Shown piece by piece: positions 1 through 8,276 of a DNA stretch of 64,000 nt. The stretch lies in the IMG/VR virus record IMGVR_UViG_2859657292_000001; one strand, 5' to 3'. Source of the stretch: a virus. Taxonomy: Duplodnaviria; Heunggongvirae; Uroviricota; Caudoviricetes. The number at the start of each line of letters is the position of its first letter. The stretch's first letter is position 1. The notes under the pieces were generated by a model. That model was not told the origin of the DNA, searched no databases, and was given only the letters and a program-made list of their open reading frames with translations. The position numbers and the translations under genes are program-made.

Positions 1-1
1 A

Positions 2-550
2 ATGTCCAAGCTGGTGGAGCGCCGCGACGACGTCCATCGCAAACTGGCAGAGCTGGGCGCGACGAAAGGCGTGGGGAGCTTGTGGATTGTTGAACGACCG
101 TCCGGAAGCATGTCGCCTGCAGATCTGGATCGTATGTTGGGTAGCATGAAAGCAAATGGCATGATCCCCGACATGGTCGTGGTCGACTACGCTGACCTGA
201 TGCGTGCCAGCTACGACCTCCGCGACGACCGCGCCAACATTCGCAGCATCTACACTGACCTGCGTGCGCTGTATGACAAACACAACGTGGCCGGCATCAC
301 TGCATCGCAGACTAACAGGGAAGGTGGCGCTTCTGAGGTGGCCACAATGATGCACGCAGCGGATAACATCGAGAAGGTGCGTATCGCTGACCTCGTTATC
401 ACTATCAACAAAACGGAAGAGGAAGAAGCGAAAGGCGAAGCTCGTCTGTACTTCGCTGGTTCACGTAACCAGAAAGGCGGCGTAAGCATCCGCGTTAAGC
501 AGAACCTTGAACAAATGCGATTCATCGAACGCATCATGGACGTCCTCTAA
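2..550 (+). CDS. Replicative DNA helicase (DnaB-like), C-terminal RecA-fold portion; 5' end lies outside the window
   Basis: ORF track. The translation contains a 'VVVDYADLM' motif (cf. DnaB 'IVDYLQLM') and 'ASQTNRE'. It lies directly upstream of the primase gene. Confidence 0.55.
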   Translation: MSKLVERRDDVHRKLAELGATKGVGSLWIVERPSGSMSPADLDRMLGSMKANGMIPDMVVVDYADLMRASYDLRDDRANIRSIYTDLRALYDKHNVAGITASQTNREGGASEVATMMHAADNIEKVRIADLVITINKTEEEEAKGEARLYFAGSRNQKGGVSIRVKQNLEQMRFIERIMDVL

Positions 551-612
551 AAAAAGAAGGCGTGGGGAAACGCTCTCCACGCCGGTCTCCATAAGAGAAC
601 AAATTTTCTCTT

Positions 613-1824
613 TTGCCAAAGCCACAAAAGAAAAAACACATGAGCCTTTATGGTATTCAAATACCGAGGCTTATCAAGATATTACCTGCAAAAAGTAGGG
701 TTAAGAACGTGAGCGACTTGAAAGAATTACTGACCGAGCTGGATTTTGAACAATGGCTCGATATGGAAGGAATCATCTACCGTCGTGGTGGTGTCAGTAC
801 TCGTGGACGTGAGGTGAATATCAAGGAGTGCCCGGTATGCGGCAGCTCAAACTGGAAGGTTTATTTCAACCTGACCAATGGCGTCGGCAAATGCTTTGCT
901 GGTGATCATCCCGAAGAGATTCAGTTCAACAAGCTGGTCTTCCTCAAGCACTACAGCGGCAAATCCCGTCGCGATTTTGAAGAGTACGTCCAGAACGCGC
1001 TGATCTCACAAGGATGGGCGCCGAAGAAGGAAGAGGTCGTGCTGGCCAGTAAGGTTGAACTCGAAGGGCCAGTAGCTCTCCCGCGCCATTACGAACTCCC
1101 CATTGACGGTCGTCTTCCTGATTATCTGGTGGAGCGCCATATCTCCCCGGAGCTGGCTAAATACTTTGATCTGCGTTACTGCGTCGAAGGCAAGCACGCA
1201 TACGTCGATCCGTACACAGACCAGGTCAAAGGACAGGTGTTTGATATGCGCATCCTGATACCGGTTTACGATCTGGATGGCGTGATGAAGACCTTCCAGG
1301 GGCGCGACATTACCGGTGCAGCAGAACGCCGTTACCTCTTCCCCATGCAGCTGCCGGCGTCGGGTAAGTTTCTCTACAACGGCCACAACGCAGTCGGAAA
1401 ACAAACGGTCGTTGTGTGTGAAGGGACATTTGACGTAATGGGCGTGAAGCGAGCCATCTTCGACGAAGAGACGCTACGGGATTATGTAGAGCCAATTGGC
1501 ACGTTCGGGATGCACTTATCCGGAAATACAACGGAAGATGCAGAAGACCAGCTGGGCGCGTTCCTGACATTGAAGGCCCGTGGCCTGCGCAACGTCATTA
1601 TGATGTGGGATAGCGAAAAGCAAGCGATCCGCAACACGATGTCGGCGGCCAAACGTCTCACCAGCATCGGACTGAATGTCAAAGTGGCCTGTCTGGGCGA
1701 AGAAGGCCTCGACCCCGGCGACGCGACGCCAGAGCAGATACTAAAAGCCTATTATCGTGCCAAGCCGTACTCCAGACAGTTGGAGCTACAAAGCAAGGTA
1801 CTCGGCATTAAAGCTCTTGTATAA
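613..1824 (+). CDS. DNA primase (zinc-finger plus TOPRIM)
   Basis: CPVCGSS..C zinc-ribbon near the N-terminus and a TOPRIM-like 'VVVCEGTFDVMGV' motif. It follows the helicase gene. The start codon is uncertain; an internal Met at ~640 is an alternative. Confidence 0.6.
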   Translation: MPKPQKKKHMSLYGIQIPRLIKILPAKSRVKNVSDLKELLTELDFEQWLDMEGIIYRRGGVSTRGREVNIKECPVCGSSNWKVYFNLTNGVGKCFAGDHPEEIQFNKLVFLKHYSGKSRRDFEEYVQNALISQGWAPKKEEVVLASKVELEGPVALPRHYELPIDGRLPDYLVERHISPELAKYFDLRYCVEGKHAYVDPYTDQVKGQVFDMRILIPVYDLDGVMKTFQGRDITGAAERRYLFPMQLPASGKFLYNGHNAVGKQTVVVCEGTFDVMGVKRAIFDEETLRDYVEPIGTFGMHLSGNTTEDAEDQLGAFLTLKARGLRNVIMMWDSEKQAIRNTMSAAKRLTSIGLNVKVACLGEEGLDPGDATPEQILKAYYRAKPYSRQLELQSKVLGIKALV

Positions 1825-1904
1825 ATTGCACGCCTTTAATGATAAGTAGATACATACTTATTTTTCTGTAAGAATATGCTCGACGAAGGAATTGAGGAAC
1901 CTTT

Positions 1905-2699
1905 ATGAAAGCAGATATTCAGAAGTCCGTTACCGAAATTATCGACAAATCAGGCGTAGAAATTGATACAGAAGAGCGCCAGAAGATTATCGATGAGGCG
2001 ATCCAAACTGCGCTGGAGCACATCGCCACGTCTGTGAGCACCGCACCTCTTGGGGAAGGCTCGAAATACATGCGGGTATGGGTTCGTTTTGGAGAGTCCC
2101 CAGAGCTGCCTGGTGTTAAACAGAAACGCGCGGCATTCGTGGCGTTCACTCGCAAAATGAAGGACGCAACGGTCGAAGTACGTGCCGGTGCATGGTACGA
2201 CGGCCGCGTTGTCTACACCAATCAGGCGGTGTGTGATGAAGGTGAACGATTTGAGGAAATTGTCGACGCAACTCTTCGCGCGATCAAAGGCAGGGCTGGT
2301 GTAGAGGATGATCCGTCTATTGCGGCGTTCCTGAGCATTGTCGAACTGCCTGAAGTTACTGAACGCGTTACCGATCTGACAACACCACCTGGTTTGCTGG
2401 AATTGGTGGTCAGTGGCGATACCAAAAAAGCCGTTGAGCGCATTCGTGAGGTGGAATACGGCATCATCTGCGATATGTGCCGCAGCGACTTAGACCTGGT
2501 GCGCATCATTGTCGACGCGGGTCAGGCATGTGACGGTGTGCTCGCCAGTTTTGCAGGGCAGGTGGCACGCCTGGCCAACGAGCTGCCGATGATTAAACAG
2601 GAGGCAAAATCCTACGCCGTCCACCATGCCAACGATTTACTGGAGCCATACCGGTTCGAAGCCGCTCAGGACAAAATGACTGGCTGGGCGACCTGGTAA
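1905..2699 (+). CDS. Hypothetical protein (264 aa)
   Basis: Long ORF with an upstream RBS-like 'gaggaacctttATG'. No recognisable motif. Confidence 0.4.
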   Translation: MKADIQKSVTEIIDKSGVEIDTEERQKIIDEAIQTALEHIATSVSTAPLGEGSKYMRVWVRFGESPELPGVKQKRAAFVAFTRKMKDATVEVRAGAWYDGRVVYTNQAVCDEGERFEEIVDATLRAIKGRAGVEDDPSIAAFLSIVELPEVTERVTDLTTPPGLLELVVSGDTKKAVERIREVEYGIICDMCRSDLDLVRIIVDAGQACDGVLASFAGQVARLANELPMIKQEAKSYAVHHANDLLEPYRFEAAQDKMTGWATW

Positions 2700-2715
2700 G
2701 CCTCGAAAAACCATT

Positions 2716-2738
2716 TAGCCCCCTGGTGGGGCTTTTTT
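2716..2738 (+). terminator. Rho-independent terminator hairpin (agcccc-ctggt-ggggct) followed by a T-run
   Basis: GC stem followed by TTTTTT, immediately after the stop codon of 1905..2699. Confidence 0.5.
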
Positions 2739-2780
2739 AAACTGCGCTTAATAAGTAAGTACACGACTACGGTTAGAAGC

Positions 2781-3257
2781 ATGTCCACAAGAACAGATTT
2801 GTCGAAAATCCCGTCTATCTCCGGAAACAACGGTTATTCGCTGCGCTGTCCGGAAGTGAAGATCAACGGCCATGAGGCCCATTGCAGCTATACAGTCTGC
2901 CAGCACACCATCCTCGCCTACAAAGAGAAGCGTCTCCCGGCGACATCGTTCCAGTCCTGCGCTGCGGCCATTGCTGCTGGCAAATGCCAGGCGCTGAAGA
3001 TGATGGTCGAAGAGATCCGCAAAGGCGAACAGCTCTACTTCATCGATATGGCTGCGCTTATCAAAGAAGTGGAAGAGCAAAACGACCGCGCCAGAACGCT
3101 TACCCGGAAGCGCAACACCATGACGATTAACAGTCTGGTTAAACGCACGAAGAAAACAGAACCAGCCAAACCCGAAACCACGTCCACCGATTCACTGGCG
3201 CCCGTCACTGACGTGTACGCGGCACTCATTGAAGAAGCAACCAAAGAAAACACATGA
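2781..3257 (+). CDS. Hypothetical protein (158 aa)
   Basis: ORF track; in the same orientation as the surrounding operon. Confidence 0.35.
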   Translation: MSTRTDLSKIPSISGNNGYSLRCPEVKINGHEAHCSYTVCQHTILAYKEKRLPATSFQSCAAAIAAGKCQALKMMVEEIRKGEQLYFIDMAALIKEVEEQNDRARTLTRKRNTMTINSLVKRTKKTEPAKPETTSTDSLAPVTDVYAALIEEATKENT

Positions 3258-3291
3258 AAACTCCCGAGCGACCGATGGAGGTTAAACACTA

Positions 3292-4614
3292 ATGGAAAAA
3301 CTGATCGCCCTAAAGCACAAGCTGGATGCCATAAAAACGATGGGAACCAACGCCAAGAAAGAGGCGCTGGCCAACCTTGATGAATTTGAGCAGAGCATGG
3401 TCTCGCTAATGCTCAACCCATTCATTCGATTCGGTGTGAAGAAGTACAAAGTGGCCGAGCCACTCGATACTTCCGTACCCAGCGACCAGAAGGTAGTCGA
3501 GCTGCTGGAGAAGCTGGCGGCGCGCGAACTGACCGGGAACGCGGCCATTACTGCTGTCGAATCACTTGTTGCCTCAATGTGCGCTGACGGGCAGGACGTG
3601 TTTCGTCGCTTCCTGCTGAAAGATCCGAAAGCCGGCGTCGGCATTAGCCTGTGCAACAAGGTGTTCGAAAACCCAATTCCGAAGTTTGAGGTACAGCTGG
3701 CGTCTCCGTACAAGGAGAAAGGCGACAAATACCCATTTAAACCAAACCCAAAGGCCAAGTGGCCAATGATCGGCAGCCTCAAACTCGATGGTCTCCGGGT
3801 TATCTGCGAAGTCATCGTTGACGAGGAAGAGGTGAACTTCCTGACGCGTACCGGCAATCCGATTACGTCACTCGATCACCTTAAACCGGCCATGCTGGAG
3901 CGTGGCCGGCTCTCCGGTTTCAAGCACATCTTCTTCGATGGTGAGGGTACTGCAGGTGCGTTCAACCAGTCCGTGTCGGCGCTTCGCAAGAAGAACGTGA
4001 CAGCCATTGGTGCCGTTTACCATATCTTCGATTTCTTCTTACCGGAGTGGCGTGCTCAGGCAAAAAGCAAAGAGTACCTGAAGACCGGCATGAAGCTGAA
4101 AGATCGCCTGGCTATGCTGGTGGCGTTATTCCGCAACACTTGCGGGGAAGATTACGCGCAAGATATCCACCTGCATCCGTTCTACATCATCCATAGCCAT
4201 GAAGACTTTATCGAACGCTTCATGAAGCGCCTGGATGAGAATGAAGAGGGGGAGATGGGCAAAGATCCGGATTCTGTTTACGAGTTCAAGCGTACCCGCA
4301 GCTGGTGGAAGCTGAAAGACGAGGATTCCGAAGACGGTGAAATCATCGACTTCGAGCCAGGCGACCCGGACTCTGGCTTTGCGCATACGCTAGGCAAGAT
4401 AGTGATTCGTCTGGAGAACGGCGTCATCGTGCGTGCCAGCGGTATCAAACATAAGTACCTGGATGAGATCTGGAACAATCAGGAGAAATATCGTGGACGC
4501 ATCGTCGAGGTTCACTGCCATGAGAAAACGCCAGACGGTAGCTTACGCCACCCACGTCTGAAGTGGCCGAAATGTCTGCGAGATACCGAAGACCGTATTG
4601 GAGATAAAGACTGA
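3292..4614 (+). CDS. ATP-dependent DNA ligase
   Basis: Adenylation motif I 'SLKLDGLRV' (KxDG), with nucleotidyltransferase and OB-fold C-terminal regions. RBS 'gatggaggttaaacactaATG'. Confidence 0.75.
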   Translation: MEKLIALKHKLDAIKTMGTNAKKEALANLDEFEQSMVSLMLNPFIRFGVKKYKVAEPLDTSVPSDQKVVELLEKLAARELTGNAAITAVESLVASMCADGQDVFRRFLLKDPKAGVGISLCNKVFENPIPKFEVQLASPYKEKGDKYPFKPNPKAKWPMIGSLKLDGLRVICEVIVDEEEVNFLTRTGNPITSLDHLKPAMLERGRLSGFKHIFFDGEGTAGAFNQSVSALRKKNVTAIGAVYHIFDFFLPEWRAQAKSKEYLKTGMKLKDRLAMLVALFRNTCGEDYAQDIHLHPFYIIHSHEDFIERFMKRLDENEEGEMGKDPDSVYEFKRTRSWWKLKDEDSEDGEIIDFEPGDPDSGFAHTLGKIVIRLENGVIVRASGIKHKYLDEIWNNQEKYRGRIVEVHCHEKTPDGSLRHPRLKWPKCLRDTEDRIGDKD

Positions 4615-4790
4615 TGCTCGGCTGGATGATTGTATTTTTGGTCGTCGGCATTGTTATCGGCAGTCTGGTTATGTCCAGCTGCATCAACGATTACGTAAAA
4701 GCCGGTGTCATGCAGAGGCGCGGCCGCATTTACCGCATTGTAGATATCACGTACACACTGAAGGAGATTAAGGATGATCATGTTAAGTAA
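4614..4790 (+). CDS. Small hydrophobic protein (58 aa), unlisted in the ORF track
   Basis: Its ATG overlaps the ligase stop (TGATG). The product begins with the hydrophobic segment MLGWMIVFLVVGIVIGSLVM. Confidence 0.3.
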   Translation: MLGWMIVFLVVGIVIGSLVMSSCINDYVKAGVMQRRGRIYRIVDITYTLKEIKDDHVK

Positions 4791-4986
4791 ACGGGAGAAG
4801 GAAACTCTGCGTGAAATCAGCCAATGGAAAGAGTTCTACGCCAACTGGAAGCCAAAGACCCGCGCCAAACTGGAACGTATGAATCTTGTCGCTAACGTTT
4901 CGCCAAAGGGATGTGTGGAGAACTATCAACTCACTGAAAAAGGACACTCACTGTTGCAGCAATTGACTGAGGCGGTGGCGTTCTGA
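4774..4986 (+). CDS. Hypothetical protein (70 aa)
   Basis: ORF track; its stop overlaps the ATG of the next gene. Confidence 0.35.
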   Translation: MIMLSKREKETLREISQWKEFYANWKPKTRAKLERMNLVANVSPKGCVENYQLTEKGHSLLQQLTEAVAF

Positions 4987-5053
4987 TGATTCCATACATC
5001 TTATTGTCTTTTGCTGGAGGCGTGGCCCTCGGCTTCAGTATCTGTCGCGATCT
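4986..5053 (+). pseudogene. 5' portion of a small membrane-protein gene (about 53 aa when intact) interrupted by the transposon; the 3' portion resumes at 11200..11281
   Basis: Conceptually removing 5054..11199 restores one ORF, MIPYILLSFAGGVALGFSICRDLVRQELKTKTLRIGKRLYRVVHETGVQK. Its start shows ATGA-type coupling with the upstream gene and its stop couples with the next gene. Confidence 0.55.
5049..5053. repeat. 5-bp target-site duplication GATCT, left copy
   Basis: Identical GATCT lies immediately outside both terminal inverted repeats, at 5049..5053 and 11195..11199. Confidence 0.8.
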
Positions 5054-5091
5054 GGGGTCGTCTCAGAAAACGGAAAATAAAGCACGCTAAG
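5054..5091 (+). repeat. Left terminal inverted repeat (38 bp) of the Tn3-family transposon
   Basis: Exact reverse complement of 11157..11194. Confidence 0.9.
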
Positions 5092-5644
5092 CGTGCGTGG
5101 AGGCTGGCACCCAGCGGTACAGCGTCGGAATGGACACGCCGAGGTTCTTGGCCACGTCCTTGGGCGGCACCCCGCTGGCCAGCAGCTTCTTGGCCGACTC
5201 GATCTTGCTGTCGGTCATCTTCGGCTTGCGGCCGCCTTTGCGGCCGAGCTGCTTGGCGACTTCCAGCCCGGCGCGGGTGCGCTCGACGGTCAGCTCGCGC
5301 TCCATTTCGGCAAGGCTCGCCATGACGTGGAAGAAGAACCGCCCGGATGGTGTGCCGGTGTCGATGGAGTCGGTGAGGCTCCTGAACTGGACACCGTGCT
5401 TGTGCAGATCGCCGACCAGATCGACCAGTTGCTTGACCGACCGGCCCAGCCGGTCGAGCTTCCAGACGACCAAAGTATCGCCTTCGCGCAGCATTTCGAG
5501 CGTCTTGGCCAAGCCAGGCCGGTCTGCCCGCGTGCCACTCACCTTGTCCTCGAAGACCTTTTTACATCCGGCCTTGCTCAAGGCTTCGCGTTGCAGCTCC
5601 AGGTTCTGATCCTGCGTCGAGACGCGCGCATAGCCAATCAACAT
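5087..5644 (-). CDS. tnpR: Serine recombinase (resolvase/invertase; Hin/Gin-like catalytic domain plus C-terminal HTH)
   Basis: MLIGYARVSTQDQ N-terminus containing the catalytic Ser, and a '...DTLVVWKLDRLGRS...FRSLTDSIDT...FFFHVMASLAEMERE' core. Its stop codon TAG lies inside the CTAAG end of the IR. Confidence 0.85.
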   Translation of the reverse strand: MLIGYARVSTQDQNLELQREALSKAGCKKVFEDKVSGTRADRPGLAKTLEMLREGDTLVVWKLDRLGRSVKQLVDLVGDLHKHGVQFRSLTDSIDTGTPSGRFFFHVMASLAEMERELTVERTRAGLEVAKQLGRKGGRKPKMTDSKIESAKKLLASGVPPKDVAKNLGVSIPTLYRWVPASTHA

Positions 5645-6198
5645 GGCTTGTCTCGCGCCCGGTCGATGCGTTCCTGCATCGCCTGCATCACTTCTTCGTG
5701 GGTGTACGATCTGGCGGTGGCGTCGGTGGCTTGCCGCAGGGCTTCCTCAACCTCGCGCGTCATCCGCTCGTAATCCTCCGGCCACAGCGCTTGCTCCATG
5801 CGCAGCGACGCCTGACCCAGCAGGTGCAGCAGGCTGAACAGCCGCATGTCGTTGGTGGCGACGATGCGCTCCCGAATCTGCTCCTGAATAGCTTCGCTAG
5901 CCCGATGCGCTTGTGGTGTGGCAGTCCCCTCGTAGTCAGCGGGGAATTCCGCTTCCTCGGCAATCCTTGCCCAGGCGCTGGCCAGCGCCTCGATGGTTGA
6001 CGTGCTCATTTCCGCCGCTCCTGTGCTCTTTGGCGAATCAACCGGCCAAGGGGCCTCGACGCGAAAACCAGCAGCATCACGCCTATCGGATACCAGGTCG
6101 AGAAGACCACCAAGGCATCGAAGGCTGGCCGTCCGGTGTTGGTAGGCAGTACGGCGGTCACAGCCATCAACCCGCCGACCGTCCAGATGATGCGCCAC
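5638..6198 (-). CDS. Hypothetical transposon cargo ORF; its true start may be the internal Met near 6003
   Basis: Its stop overlaps the tnpR start (ATGTTGA). The high-GC background inflates ORF lengths, so the N-terminal extension is doubtful. Confidence 0.25.
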   Translation of the reverse strand: MAHHLDGRRVDGCDRRTAYQHRTASLRCLGGLLDLVSDRRDAAGFRVEAPWPVDSPKSTGAAEMSTSTIEALASAWARIAEEAEFPADYEGTATPQAHRASEAIQEQIRERIVATNDMRLFSLLHLLGQASLRMEQALWPEDYERMTREVEEALRQATDATARSYTHEEVMQAMQERIDRARDKPC

Positions 6199-6518
6199 AC
6201 GTAGGGCATCACGCGGGGCACGTAGCCGTCATCGAAAGCGGTCTGGTAGTAGCGGCGCAGGCCGCGCTCGGCAAGCGCCTGGCGCTGCCGCTCCGACAGC
6301 GCATCCGTCCGGCCATACCAGCGCCGGAATGGTGGACAGCGCAGCAGCAAAGGGGTGAAGAGGATCATCACCGCCACGATCGCGACACCCCACGCCATGA
6401 CGGCGCCGGCATCGGGCCGCTTGGCGTTCTCGATCACGGGCGCGAAGACGCCCGGAGCACCGATCATCCAGAACAGCGCAATGTGCTGATGGAAGGAGAG
6501 CTTCATTTGCTCATCCAC
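6006..6518 (-). CDS. Hypothetical integral membrane protein (170 aa), transposon cargo
   Basis: Several hydrophobic segments. Same strand as neighbouring cargo genes and overlapping their starts and stops. Confidence 0.35.
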   Translation of the reverse strand: MDEQMKLSFHQHIALFWMIGAPGVFAPVIENAKRPDAGAVMAWGVAIVAVMILFTPLLLRCPPFRRWYGRTDALSERQRQALAERGLRRYYQTAFDDGYVPRVMPYVWRIIWTVGGLMAVTAVLPTNTGRPAFDALVVFSTWYPIGVMLLVFASRPLGRLIRQRAQERRK

Positions 6519-6829
6519 TTGCGCAGCAGGCGCTTTTTCAGGGAGGCGCGTTCTTGCGGGTTGCGTCCCTTGTGATTGGCGATGCGATCCGCCGTGGCGG
6601 CCTGGCGCTTGACGGGCCAGTAGGAGCGGCCATCCTTGCCCATCGACCAGACGCTGCTGGCCTGGTTTTCCAGCAGGGGCAGATGGGCGCTCAGGGCTTC
6701 GGGCGACGCGCTGGTCAGCGCCGTGCTCTCACGGGTGCGCCAGCGCTGATGCCAGAGCTTCTTGTCCTCGCGCTCGCTGCCGCAGGTCGTGTGCCCGACG
6801 ATGGGTGTTTTGCGGCGGCTGCGGCTCAT
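6503..6829 (-). CDS. Hypothetical basic protein (108 aa), transposon cargo
   Basis: ORF track only; the high GC content makes this call weak. Confidence 0.2.
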   Translation of the reverse strand: MSRSRRKTPIVGHTTCGSEREDKKLWHQRWRTRESTALTSASPEALSAHLPLLENQASSVWSMGKDGRSYWPVKRQAATADRIANHKGRNPQERASLKKRLLRKWMSK

Positions 6830-7083
6830 AACGTAGTGGTCTCCAAGAACATTCAGGACTGATCCCAGGCGTCGATGGTCAAGACCTGATCGGCAGGACA
6901 GGCGGCTACGCGGTCGGGAACTGGATGGTGTTCAGTCTCATGCCGACCCCATTCGATTGATCGCGTCGCTTGCGGCACGCTGCGACGCAAGGAGGTTTGC
7001 GACCTGGTTTAGCAGCCGTGTCCGCTGCATGTCTGTTACCTATCTCCCCGACCGCTCATTGGACCAACTCCAGAGATTGGGCT

Positions 7084-7440
7084 CTATCGCTCAGCCAATA
7101 CGAAACCGGCATTGGCTGATGCCACAACCGAGACGAACACAAATGGCTCGGTACCTGTATTTCGCGCCCCGTGCACTTGGCCCGGTCTTGCCACGGCTAT
7201 CTCACCTTCCCTGAGGGCACGAACAATCCCATTGCCCTGAAAGTAATCAGCCATTCCCGACAAAACAGTCCACGTGTCTTGGCCGTGAGGATGAATGTGA
7301 GCCGCAATTTCCTGCCCGGGATGGACATGCCAAACCACGATAATTGAGTCTCGGGTTTCAAGCACAACGGAACGAATAGGCTCGCCTTCGGACGGCTGAA
7401 CATACTCGGCTACAGAAAATATTCTCGATTCAACAGTCAT
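7084..7440 (-). CDS. Cupin-domain protein (trimmed to Met74 of the listed ORF)
   Basis: The two-His cupin motif 'HVHPGQEIAAHIHPHGQDTWTVLSG'. Its ATG is embedded in the last codons of hepT (GATGACTGTTGA). Confidence 0.55.
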   Translation of the reverse strand: MTVESRIFSVAEYVQPSEGEPIRSVVLETRDSIIVVWHVHPGQEIAAHIHPHGQDTWTVLSGMADYFQGNGIVRALREGEIAVARPGQVHGARNTGTEPFVFVSVVASANAGFVLAER

Positions 7441-7831
7441 CGGAGATCCCTCTTTCACAGTTGTCGTTACGGTCTTCATCGTCGGCATCCTGACGCACGG
7501 CGGGCAATTGCTGGAGCAACGCCGGCAGCCATTCCTGTACCGTCTCCCACACCACATCGAGGTTGATGTCGAAATAGCCGTGAGCCATGCGATTACGCAT
7601 ATTGCGCATGCTGCGCCACGGCACGTCGGCATGCGCCTGGGTGAACTCGACGTAGCCATCCATCACCTTTGTGGCCGCCTCGCCGATGACGATCAGGCTC
7701 ATGATGACGGCCTGCTGGGTGCGCTTGTCGGCCAAGAAGTCGTCCTTGGCCATCCCTTCCACGAAGCTGCGCGCATCGGTTGCGGCCTGCTGAATGTGGT
7801 CGAGGTAATCGGGCAGGCGGTTCTCGCTCAT
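7430..7831 (-). CDS. hepT: HepT-family toxin (DUF86, nucleotidyltransferase substrate-binding / RNase)
   Basis: The Rx4HxY motif 'RNRMAHGY'. Its size of 133 aa fits the family, and it overlaps the upstream mnt gene by 4 bp. Confidence 0.75.
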   Translation of the reverse strand: MSENRLPDYLDHIQQAATDARSFVEGMAKDDFLADKRTQQAVIMSLIVIGEAATKVMDGYVEFTQAHADVPWRSMRNMRNRMAHGYFDINLDVVWETVQEWLPALLQQLPAVRQDADDEDRNDNCERGISDDC

Positions 7832-8124
7832 ATCGGTTGCGCCTCCGCGAGCACCTTGGCCCGGAACTTCGGCGGCAGGTCGCCGGGAGTCAGCAGATCG
7901 ACGTCAACGCCGAGCAGCGATTTCAGTTCTTCTTCCAAATCGCCCAAGTCCAACAACGTGGCACCGGGCAGCGCATCGACCAACAGGTCGAGGTCGCTGC
8001 CATCCCGGTCGGTGCCATGCAGCACCGAGCCGAAGACGCGCGGGTTCGCGGCGCGAAAGCGGCCTACCGCTTCACGCACTGCGCTTCGCTTCATGTCAAG
8101 CACAACAGACGGTCGCATGCGCAT
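7828..8124 (-). CDS. mnt: MNT-family minimal nucleotidyltransferase antitoxin
   Basis: The 'GSVLHGTDRDGSDLDLLV' motif (GSx10DxD), a size of 98 aa, and a position immediately upstream of hepT in one operon. Confidence 0.75.
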   Translation of the reverse strand: MRMRPSVVLDMKRSAVREAVGRFRAANPRVFGSVLHGTDRDGSDLDLLVDALPGATLLDLGDLEEELKSLLGVDVDLLTPGDLPPKFRAKVLAEAQPI

Positions 8125-8276
8125 CCTTTCTTATCGAAACTCGTTGAGATGATATGCAATCAAGAATAGAATTTCAAGAACTATTTTCGAGAATCGCAAT
8201 GCCTTGATTCCCGTGCCGCGCCGGTTGCCTTGGCGGGCTTGTCACAAACCTACGTTTTCAAGAAGAAGGAAACCGC

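Noticed and set aside
4986-5000. Recombinase half-site copy at the start of the interrupted gene treated as an independent site
   Set aside because: Here the sequence ATGATTCCATACATC encodes MIPYI, so the match may be coincidental. It is mentioned only as a possible related copy.
5093-5773. ORFs on the + strand (226, 170, 104 and 82 aa) across the recombinase region
   Set aside because: They are antisense to the well-supported serine recombinase gene and are high-GC frame artefacts.
7441-7659. N-terminal 73 aa of the listed cupin ORF
   Set aside because: This stretch overlaps hepT in another frame. It is a Cys/Arg-rich high-GC artefact, so the gene was trimmed to the Met whose ATG is coupled to the hepT stop.
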